DNA from: Ferruginibacter sp.
Lineage (GTDB): Bacteria > Bacteroidota > Bacteroidia > Chitinophagales > Chitinophagaceae
NCBI GenBank assembly: GCA_031416575.1
Contig: JANOTW010000056.1
Location: 1-43,037, forward strand
Direction: 5' to 3'
DNA length: 43,037 nt
Positions within the stretch are counted from its first letter, which is position 1. Every line of letters starts with the position of its first letter. The translations under genes and the position numbers were made by a program. The notes under the pieces were generated by a model. The model saw nothing but the letters and a program-made list of their open reading frames with translations, was not told where the DNA came from and made no database searches. Shown here piece after piece: positions 1 through 7,054 of this stretch.

Positions 1-1710
1 AAGATATTGAAAGAAAAAGGCATTGAATCGGCCAATGTCTCCATTCCTTTTTATAGAAAGGATGGGTTTGAAGAGATTAATATGGTGGAAGGAATGACCA
101 TTAATGTGGTAGATAACAACCAGGTGCAAACAAAATTAGACCGAAAGAGCATCTACACAAAAAAGACGAATGAGCGTTGGGGAGAGACGGTGTTTGCGTT
201 TCCCGCCATTAAAGCCGGCAGCATCATTGAGTACAAATACCGCAGTACCATGAAGCATTATGGTGGGCTAAAAGATTGGGATTTCCAGGAAGAGTTGCCT
301 GTACTGATCAGTAAATACACACTTGTTATTTTGCCAAATGCGGAATTTGCTTACCGGGTAAATAAAACGCTGAATATACCAATAACCATCAGGAAGGAAA
401 CTTATAGTGGTGGTGTTTATTTTGAAATGAAAAATATCCCGGGCCTGGGAAACGAGCCCTACATGGATGCACGTAAAGATTACCTGCAAAAAGTGATCTT
501 CCAGTTAAGCGGGCTTGGCATGGGTGGTGACTTCAAAAAAAAATATACGACCACATGGGATGAAGTGACCCGTGAATTAATAGTGGATAAGAATTTTGGG
601 GTACAGCTTAATAAAAATATCGAAGGCACGGATGAATTTATAAAACAAATGAAGGCATTGGTTTTGCCGGAAGAAAAAATGAAAGGCATTTTTAATTATG
701 TTCGGAATAACATGGCTTGGAACAATATGTACAGCATTTACGCTATAGGGGGAGTAAAGGAAGCATGGCAAAAAAAGAGCGGTACCAGTGGCGAAATCAA
801 CCTGCTTTTGATTAATCTTTTAAAAGAAGCCGGCCTTGAAGCATACCCGATGCTGGTAAGTGAGCGCTTTAATGGAAAGGTGGATAAAAGCTATCCGTTT
901 ATTGACCAGTTTAACACCGTGTTTGCCTGTGTCATCATCAATAACAAGAAATATTACCTGGATGCAACCGATAAAACCATACCCCCGCATTTAACGCCTT
1001 CCGCCATTTTAAATACTACTGCGTTTGTTGTTAACCGAAAGGCGGGCGGAATAATTAGTATTATCAATGATACCCTGCAATACAAAGAAAATATTGTAGC
1101 AGATCTTAAATTGGCAGAAGACGGGGCGCTATCGGGAGAGGTTATCGTAAAAAGCATTGATTATGCAAGAGTAAAAAAACTGGAGGATTATAAGGACGAT
1201 AAAACCAAATTCCTCACCCGGCATTTTATAGTTGACGGAACTGGTATCGCCGGAAAGGATCTTGAAATAACCAATATAGACAATGATTCACTTGCATTGG
1301 AACAACATTGTAAAATTTCGGGCAGGTTAAATACCACCGGAGAGTATTCATTTTTACCTCTGAATCTTTTCACTGGTTTTGATTTCAATCCATTTCTTAG
1401 CGATAACCGTTTTTCAAATATAAATTTTGGTTACCGGCGCAGCATTCAATTAAACTTCACTATACAGCTTCCTCCAAATTATGTTGTAGATGAAACACCA
1501 AAATCATTGAAATTATCCGATCCGGATAAGGACATTTTATTTATGAGGCATGTAATGTTTGATAAGGAAACAAATTTTATAAGGTGCATGATGCAGTTTG
1601 AGTTTAAGAAAAGCCTTTATGAAACAGACATGTACCCCATCATAAAAGAAGTGTATCAAAAAATATTTGAGTACCTGAAGGAACCGGTGGTATTAAAAAA
1701 GAAAGGGTAG
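1..1710 (+). CDS. DUF3857 / transglutaminase-like domain protein (5' truncated by window edge)
   Basis: Frame open from base 1. Motifs FPAIKAGSIIEYKY, W.FQ..LP, GTSGEINLLL and YYLDAT are typical of Bacteroidota DUF3857-transglutaminase-like proteins. Confidence 0.8.
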   Translation, partial: KILKEKGIESANVSIPFYRKDGFEEINMVEGMTINVVDNNQVQTKLDRKSIYTKKTNERWGETVFAFPAIKAGSIIEYKYRSTMKHYGGLKDWDFQEELPVLISKYTLVILPNAEFAYRVNKTLNIPITIRKETYSGGVYFEMKNIPGLGNEPYMDARKDYLQKVIFQLSGLGMGGDFKKKYTTTWDEVTRELIVDKNFGVQLNKNIEGTDEFIKQMKALVLPEEKMKGIFNYVRNNMAWNNMYSIYAIGGVKEAWQKKSGTSGEINLLLINLLKEAGLEAYPMLVSERFNGKVDKSYPFIDQFNTVFACVIINNKKYYLDATDKTIPPHLTPSAILNTTAFVVNRKAGGIISIINDTLQYKENIVADLKLAEDGALSGEVIVKSIDYARVKKLEDYKDDKTKFLTRHFIVDGTGIAGKDLEITNIDNDSLALEQHCKISGRLNTTGEYSFLPLNLFTGFDFNPFLSDNRFSNINFGYRRSIQLNFTIQLPPNYVVDETPKSLKLSDPDKDILFMRHVMFDKETNFIRCMMQFEFKKSLYETDMYPIIKEVYQKIFEYLKEPVVLKKKG

Positions 1711-1730
1711 AAAAACCGGTAAAGCTTTTG

Positions 1731-2603
1731 CTAAAACACAAATGAATATCCTTTGCCTTTGGTAACGCTTTTGTCTATCTGTTCAAATTTTTCAATTTCC
1801 TGTTGCAGGTATTTTGCATACTGCGCATACATAAATTTCCTGAAGAGGTGGATGTCTTCTTCTTTCCTTGTTTGTTGCAGCGCTTCAAAGTAAGTTGCCT
1901 TATCTTCTTTAAAAACTATACTTACGGGGAGATTAAAGTATAGTTGTAGGTAATTCAACAGCAGGCGGGCCGTTCTTCCGTTACCGTCGTAAAAGGGATG
2001 AATAGTTACTAAATCAAAATGTGCGTCAAAACAAATATTCAATTGTTCTGTAATGGTTATGGCGGCAGCAGGTTTTATAGCAATGCCATCGCAAAGTTTG
2101 CTTACCAGTTCTTCCACCTTTTGGTAGCCAACAAAATAACTGTTGCCTGCACTTACATTCCCTTTTCTAAAAAGTCCTTTGCTGGCATCCAGCTCACCAA
2201 AAACTGTTTGATAGATGCTGCCGGTTTGTTTTAATACGGCAGCATTAATGGTTTTAATAAAATCTGGTGTAACAGAAACCTTTTCTTTAGCTTTTTGAAT
2301 AATAAATAACAGTGCATTGTAATGATCCTGCACCATCAGGCTATGCAGCAATGGTTTTCCTGCAGGCGTAATACCTTCGTCTAATAAAAGCCTGGTTTCA
2401 TTTTCGGTGAGTGTGCTGCCTTCAATAGTGGTGGAGTGGTGGGTAATAGCATAGTGGTTAAACTTATCAAAATCAATAATGGCTGATAAGTTCAACGACT
2501 GAAATTTTTCAATTAATGATATGATCGTTTGTTCATCCACCGGAATACTTTTTTTATTCAAACTGATTTCAAGGGATGAATAATTTCGTATCTCCCCTGT
2601 CAC
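1731..2603 (-). CDS. Fic family protein (class II, autoinhibited); true start may be GTG at 2540
   Basis: Canonical Fic motif HPFYDGNGRTAR plus N-terminal inhibitory motif STTIEG (S/T-xxx-E-G/N). Confidence 0.9.
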   Translation of the reverse strand: MTGEIRNYSSLEISLNKKSIPVDEQTIISLIEKFQSLNLSAIIDFDKFNHYAITHHSTTIEGSTLTENETRLLLDEGITPAGKPLLHSLMVQDHYNALLFIIQKAKEKVSVTPDFIKTINAAVLKQTGSIYQTVFGELDASKGLFRKGNVSAGNSYFVGYQKVEELVSKLCDGIAIKPAAAITITEQLNICFDAHFDLVTIHPFYDGNGRTARLLLNYLQLYFNLPVSIVFKEDKATYFEALQQTRKEEDIHLFRKFMYAQYAKYLQQEIEKFEQIDKSVTKGKGYSFVF

Positions 2604-2644
2604 GGCACTTCATTACAATGTGGTTAAAAATAAAAGAAAGTATA

Positions 2645-2794
2645 TTATTTAGTTAACTTTAACCGTCTTTGCTCAAAATATTTTTTCAATTCTGCAAAGT
2701 TCATATTTTGGGTTTCAGCAGTTATTTTATCTCTTGTTTCACGCATAAATTTTACGGCGTCAAAATCTTTTTTTATAATTACTTTATTCTTCAT
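2645..2794 (-). CDS. 49-aa protein, putative antitoxin partner of the PIN protein
   Basis: ATG at 2794 lies inside the last codons of the PIN gene. Product MKNKVIIKKDFDAVKFMRETRDKI... is small, basic and predicted helical. Confidence 0.6.
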   Translation of the reverse strand: MKNKVIIKKDFDAVKFMRETRDKITAETQNMNFAELKKYFEQRRLKLTK

Positions 2795-3254
2795 TGTATA
2801 TAATTTCTTTGGGTGAACGTATATCAATTACAGGATAGCCTAATTTCATATTGACTACATTGTATCCTCTTATTTTTGTTACATTAACAATGTGTTTAAA
2901 ATTCCAGCTTATTAAAATATCAACTGCATTAATTGTTGCCATCGCAATGTGAAAACAGTCTGTGCGGCTTGTTCTGCCCACTACATTCTCTGCTAAATAC
3001 ATGTCAGCAAGATTAACAGCTTCCTCATTTAATTCTACTTTTATTTTCAAATCATTATCTATGCCAGGAAGTAATGCCTGAACTTTTTCCGGTGCTTCCA
3101 ACAGCTCATCTTCAGTTGTGTTTGAATATACAATCCTAAACTGCCCTAATTTTATTTTTTCAAACAAAAGATATGTGTCTTCTTCAAATTCTATATCATA
3201 ATAACCACCAAACACTGATGTATCTAAATATATTGTTGGAATTTTTTTATCCAT
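2784..3254 (-). CDS. PIN domain protein (VapC-like toxin)
   Basis: N-terminal IYLDTSV, then D..HIA.A....D.L.SWNFKH, the PIN acidic-residue pattern. Confidence 0.85.
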   Translation of the reverse strand: MDKKIPTIYLDTSVFGGYYDIEFEEDTYLLFEKIKLGQFRIVYSNTTEDELLEAPEKVQALLPGIDNDLKIKVELNEEAVNLADMYLAENVVGRTSRTDCFHIAMATINAVDILISWNFKHIVNVTKIRGYNVVNMKLGYPVIDIRSPKEIIYNEE

Positions 3255-3293
3255 ACTCTAAAGATACTTCAGTTTATTAGAATAATTTCTCAT

Positions 3294-4754
3294 TCACCCC
3301 ATCTTCTCCATAACCAACCCCTTCAAATCTTTAATCGCAATCCTTTCCTGCAACATAGTATCCCTGTAACGAATAGTAGCAGTATTATCTTCTTTTGTCT
3401 GGTGATCGATGGTAACACAGAAGGGAGTACCGACCGCATCCATGCGGCGGTAACGTTTACCGATCGCATCTTTTTCTTCATAAAAACACATAAAGCTTCC
3501 CTTGCATTCATTCATCAGTTCTCTGGCTATTTCAGGCAGGCCATCTTTTTTCAGCAAAGGTAAAATGGCCAGTTTGGTAGGAGCTATTTTTGCCGGTATG
3601 CGGAGTACCACCCGGCTATCCTTAGTGCCATCTTCCTTCGTCCATTCTTCGGTGGCATAAGCCAGGCTGATGATGGTAAGAAACAACCTGTCTAATCCCA
3701 CCGAAGTTTCTACCACGTATGGAATGTAGTTGCCATAAGGCTTTCCATCCTCTTTCAGGTCGTTGTCGAAATACTGTATTTTCTTTTTGCTAAAGGTTTG
3801 GTGTTGGGTAAGGTCAAAATCGGTGCGGCTATGAATGCCTTCCAGCTCCTTCCAGCCAAAGGGGAATTCAAATTCAATATCCAAAGCGGCATCCGCATAA
3901 TGCGCCAGTTTAACATGATCGTGAAAGCGTAATTTTTCAGCAGGTATGCCCAGGCTCTCATGCCATTTCTTTCTTTCTTCTTTCCAGTAGTTGTACCATT
4001 CCATTTGCGTGCCGGGCCGTACAAAGAACTGCATTTCCATTTGCTCAAATTCCCTCATTCTAAATATAAATTGTCTTGCCACAATTTCATTTCTGAACGC
4101 CTTACCGGTTTGCGCAATACCAAAGGGTATCTTCATGCGGCCGGTCTTTTGCACATTTAAAAAGTTTACAAAAATACCCTGCGCCGTTTCGGGACGTAAA
4201 TAAATGGTATCGCTTTCTTCCGCCACACTACCAATTTGTGTGCTGAACATCAGGTTAAATTCTCTCACCTCCGTCCAGTTACAGGTTTTGCTGATGGCGC
4301 ATTTTATGTTGTTGTCTTCAATCAGTTTTTTTAAACCTGTGTAGTCACTTGCTACCAATAAGGCATCCATCGAAGCCAATATATCATTTGCCAATTGCCC
4401 GTTGCCAATTGCTTTTTGGTCTTCCGCGAATCCTTCAATTAAATGATCAACCCGGTATCTTTTATTACTGTCTTTATTATCAATCATCGGGTCGCTGAAA
4501 TTATCCACGTGGCCGCTCGCCTTCCAGGTGGTGGGGTGCATAAAGATGGCCGCATCAATACCAACAATGTTGTCGTTCAGTTGCGTCATGCTCTTCCACC
4601 AGTAATCACGGATGTTCTTTTTTAACTGTGCGCCATTCTGCCCATAATCATATACCGCCGCCAGGCCATCATAAATTTCGGAGGATTGAAAAATATAACC
4701 GTACTCTTTACAATGGGCGATCAGTTCGGGGAAATTGTTTGCTTCGTTTGCCAT
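3294..4754 (-). CDS. glyQS: Glycine--tRNA ligase (alpha2 dimeric type)
   Basis: Class II aaRS motifs LRPETAQGIF, FRNEI...FIFRMREFEQME and ETSVGLDR; anticodon-binding domain IGKRYRR.D..GTP. Confidence 0.97.
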   Translation of the reverse strand: MANEANNFPELIAHCKEYGYIFQSSEIYDGLAAVYDYGQNGAQLKKNIRDYWWKSMTQLNDNIVGIDAAIFMHPTTWKASGHVDNFSDPMIDNKDSNKRYRVDHLIEGFAEDQKAIGNGQLANDILASMDALLVASDYTGLKKLIEDNNIKCAISKTCNWTEVREFNLMFSTQIGSVAEESDTIYLRPETAQGIFVNFLNVQKTGRMKIPFGIAQTGKAFRNEIVARQFIFRMREFEQMEMQFFVRPGTQMEWYNYWKEERKKWHESLGIPAEKLRFHDHVKLAHYADAALDIEFEFPFGWKELEGIHSRTDFDLTQHQTFSKKKIQYFDNDLKEDGKPYGNYIPYVVETSVGLDRLFLTIISLAYATEEWTKEDGTKDSRVVLRIPAKIAPTKLAILPLLKKDGLPEIARELMNECKGSFMCFYEEKDAIGKRYRRMDAVGTPFCVTIDHQTKEDNTATIRYRDTMLQERIAIKDLKGLVMEKMG

Positions 4755-4762
4755 AATGGGCG

Positions 4763-4770
4763 CAAAGTTA
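4763..4770 (-). promoter_or_regulatory. Bacteroidota -7 promoter element TAACTTTG for glyQS
   Basis: Matches TAnnTTTG, 8 nt upstream of the ATG. Confidence 0.6.
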
Positions 4771-4865
4771 AGGTAGTAAAAGTATTTTTGAACCAGGCAT
4801 TTAGCAGGGCGTAGGGAAAGTTTTCAATTAAGCGTAGGGGTATTTCTTTTTTATTCAAATAGTAA

Positions 4866-4950
4866 TTTTGTTATCCGGGCAGAAGAATTCCATGGCATCA
4901 TCGTTGCGTCGCACTCGTGTACTGAATACCAATGTGGAACTTTAATTGTG
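4866..4950 (+). repeat. Interspersed element A core, copy 1
   Basis: TCCGGGC..GAAG...GGCATCATCGTTGCGTCGCACTCGTGTACTGAATACCAATGTGGAACTTTAATT, homologous to 10 other loci. Confidence 0.85.
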
Positions 4951-5017
4951 GAGTAGATTTGCGGTATAGTTTTATTTAATGAAAAACCTCAGCATTAAAA
5001 CAGAAAATAAATATTAT

Positions 5018-5176
5018 TTACTCCGGCCTTTCTTTCTTCATCTCCCCCCTGGCTTTTAATATCGCTTTATACATGGCATCATTATCTGTAAGAAACTGTA
5101 GCAGCCTCTCGCCGGGGGTTTTTGCCAGCCAAAGTTTTAATTGAATTTCCTGAACATGTTTAGGGGTGTCTGTCAT
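5018..5176 (-). CDS. 52-aa hypothetical protein, absent from the ORF track
   Basis: MTDTPKHVQEIQLKLWLAKTPGERLLQFLTDNDAMYKAILKARGEMKKERPE; ATG lies 1 nt after the stop of the MazG-like gene. Confidence 0.65.
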   Translation of the reverse strand: MTDTPKHVQEIQLKLWLAKTPGERLLQFLTDNDAMYKAILKARGEMKKERPE

Positions 5177-5177
5177 G

Positions 5178-5528
5178 TTATTTCAGTTTGTCATTATTTT
5201 TATGCCTGTCCCCATCCCTCAAATTCTTCTTCTCAAAATTTTTCTCCAGTGCTGCTGTTAAGTCAACACCGGTTTGGTTGGCCAGGCAAATCAGCACCCA
5301 AAGTACATCCGCCATTTCATCTCCAAGCCTCCTCCTCCCGTCCTCCTCCGAAAGAGGAGGGCCGTCGCTTTCTTTAAAAGATTGTTCGCCATATTTCCTT
5401 ACCATCAGCCTTGAAAGTTCTCCAACCTCTTCCATCAAGATACCCAGGTTAGTAAGTTCGCTAAAGTATCTTACACCAACGGTTTTTATCCATTGGTCAA
5501 CGTCTGTTTGCGCCTGTTGAATGGTCAT
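5178..5528 (-). CDS. MazG-like nucleotide pyrophosphohydrolase (YpjD-like)
   Basis: EEVGEL...GEQS.K...LGDEMADVL pattern; adjacent to dtd. Start set at MTIQQ because the upstream extension is repeat-derived. Confidence 0.9.
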   Translation of the reverse strand: MTIQQAQTDVDQWIKTVGVRYFSELTNLGILMEEVGELSRLMVRKYGEQSFKESDGPPLSEEDGRRRLGDEMADVLWVLICLANQTGVDLTAALEKNFEKKNLRDGDRHKNNDKLK

Positions 5529-5672
5529 AACACTAATTTTTTTTAACACGAATTTTTAAGGCACGAATTTCACGAATTAAAATACAATGTTTGCTTATGG
5601 CTATTAGATGGACATAGCACTAATTTTTTAACACGAATTTTTAAGGCATGAATTTCACGAATTAAAATACAA
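5526..5672. repeat. Two direct ~60 bp copies of a CACGAATT-based repeat downstream of the GxxExxY gene
   Basis: 5526-5587 and 5613-5672 are nearly identical (CACTAATTTT..AACACGAATTTTTAAGGCAYGAATTTCACGAATTAAAATACAA). Confidence 0.9.
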
Positions 5673-6036
5673 CTCGTTTGGATACAAATGATGGTTCACC
5701 AAAGTTTCCTATAATTCCTAATTGCAGGCCGGAGGCTTTCAGATAATTTATCGTTTGCCTTACAAAGTTATTTACTATCATTGAAGTTGCTTTTACTTCA
5801 AGAATTATTGTTCCATAAACTATGAAGTCAGCATTGTATCGGTGAGGAAGTATAATTTCTTTGTAAGCGATTTTATATTCTTTTTCCCGGGTATATGGAA
5901 TGTTTCTTGTTTTAAATTCATACTCTAACGCATCCTTATAAACTATTTCTTTAAACCCCATTCCAAGCTCCCGGTGCACTTCCATACAAATCCCAATAAG
6001 CTGATAAGATTCTTCCTTTAAAATAATTTCTGTCAT
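5662..6036 (-). CDS. GxxExxY protein (PD-(D/E)XK nuclease-like)
   Basis: VHRELGMGFKEIVY signature, ADFIV...IILEVKA, and QTINYLKASGLQLG. Confidence 0.92.
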   Translation of the reverse strand: MTEIILKEESYQLIGICMEVHRELGMGFKEIVYKDALEYEFKTRNIPYTREKEYKIAYKEIILPHRYNADFIVYGTIILEVKATSMIVNNFVRQTINYLKASGLQLGIIGNFGEPSFVSKRVVF

Positions 6037-6045
6037 ATTGCTTTT

Positions 6046-6096
6046 TTAATTCGTGTAATTCGTGCCTTAAAAATTCGTGTTATAAAATTCGTGCTA
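6046..6096. repeat. Inverted copy of the CACGAATT repeat upstream of the GxxExxY gene
   Basis: TTAATTCGTGTAATTCGTGCCTTAAAAATTCGTGTTATAAAATTCGTGCTA is the reverse complement of 5615-5665 with about 4 mismatches. Confidence 0.9.
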
Positions 6097-6546
6097 TTCC
6101 CTCATCTTCGTATCAATAATTATCGTCACCGGCCCGTCATTCACCAACGCTACTTTCATATCGGCGCCAAACTCCCCGGTAAATATTTTTTTACCCAGGT
6201 CCTTTTCCAATTGTACTATCAGCTTTTCATAAATAGGTATGGCAACTTCCGCCTTGCTTGCACGAATGTACGAAGGCCGGTTGCCCTTCCTGGTACTGGC
6301 CTGCAACGTAAACTGGCTTACCAATAATATATCCTCACCCGTATCCCTCACTGAAATATTCGGCACTTTATTTTCATCATCAAAAATGCGGAGGTTCACT
6401 ATTTTGTTACTGAGCCACTCAATATCCTCATCCGTATCAGCATCTTCAATGCCAACCAATACCAATAGCCCATTAGCAATTGCTGATTTAATATTGTCAT
6501 CAATTGTTACACTGGCCTGTGTTACCCTTTGTATTACCGCTCTCAT
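6094..6546 (-). CDS. dtd: D-aminoacyl-tRNA deacylase
   Basis: MRAVIQRV, SQFTL and NDGPVT motifs. Confidence 0.97.
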   Translation of the reverse strand: MRAVIQRVTQASVTIDDNIKSAIANGLLVLVGIEDADTDEDIEWLSNKIVNLRIFDDENKVPNISVRDTGEDILLVSQFTLQASTRKGNRPSYIRASKAEVAIPIYEKLIVQLEKDLGKKIFTGEFGADMKVALVNDGPVTIIIDTKMRE

Positions 6547-6561
6547 TAAATAAAGATAAGG

Positions 6562-6600
6562 TTCTGATGTCTGATGGCTGATTTTTCGATGTCTGATTTA
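6562..6600. repeat. Degenerate heptamer tandem repeat (TCTGATG)
   Basis: TTCTGATGTCTGATGGCTGATTTTTCGATGTCTGATTT. Confidence 0.6.
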
Positions 6601-6700
6601 TTTTAATGCGTTAGCTTTTTGACTGTTAAAGTACCTCTGAGGCGGATGCGTTTGAAGCGACGAGCCGGGATGTAGAAATTTATACGCTTCTTCTTTAACA

Positions 6701-6819
6701 TAACGCAATTAAAGTTCCCCATTGGTATGCGGTAAAAGTCCCGATTCAAGTGTAACATCGGGATGCCGAAAGTCGGCATGACACAACGATGATGCCCATA
6801 GCTTCCAAGCCAGGACAAT
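6701..6819 (-). repeat. Interspersed element A core, copy 2, with two hairpin inserts
   Basis: Reverse-oriented core containing TCCCGAT-N11-ATCGGGA and TGCCGA-AAG-TCGGCA. Confidence 0.85.
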
Positions 6820-6933
6820 GATAACGATTGGTGATAAAGAAAAGAGATTGAACTTTCCAATATTTTTTATTCCCTATTTTTTTTAAAACAGTTGAAAACT
6901 ACTCAAAAGCCCTGCACTGTTGCTTCTAAAAAA

Positions 6934-6955
6934 TTATCCACTTTATTTATGCACA
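6934..6955 (+). promoter_or_regulatory. Two putative DnaA boxes upstream of nrdJ
   Basis: TTATCCACT (6934-6942) and TTATGCACA (6947-6955), each 8/9 identical to TTATCCACA. Confidence 0.45.
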
Positions 6956-7054
6956 GGTGTTAATATGTAAGCAATGAAAAAGTCATTGAGTATAGATATT
7001 TTCGTTGTCCTCAATTCAAATAATAATTACATAACCCATCAATCAATATTTTAT

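Noticed and set aside
5526-5672. Possible mini CRISPR array
   Set aside because: Only two ~60 bp copies with internal 8-mer periodicity, an inverted partner nearby and no cas genes.
6603-6860. 85-aa ORF
   Set aside because: Runs through element A copy 2; TTG start and no protein-like features.
6820-7054. Cobalamin riboswitch or NrdR box upstream of nrdJ
   Set aside because: No recognisable B12-box or NrdR palindrome by eye; an Infernal scan would be needed to exclude it.
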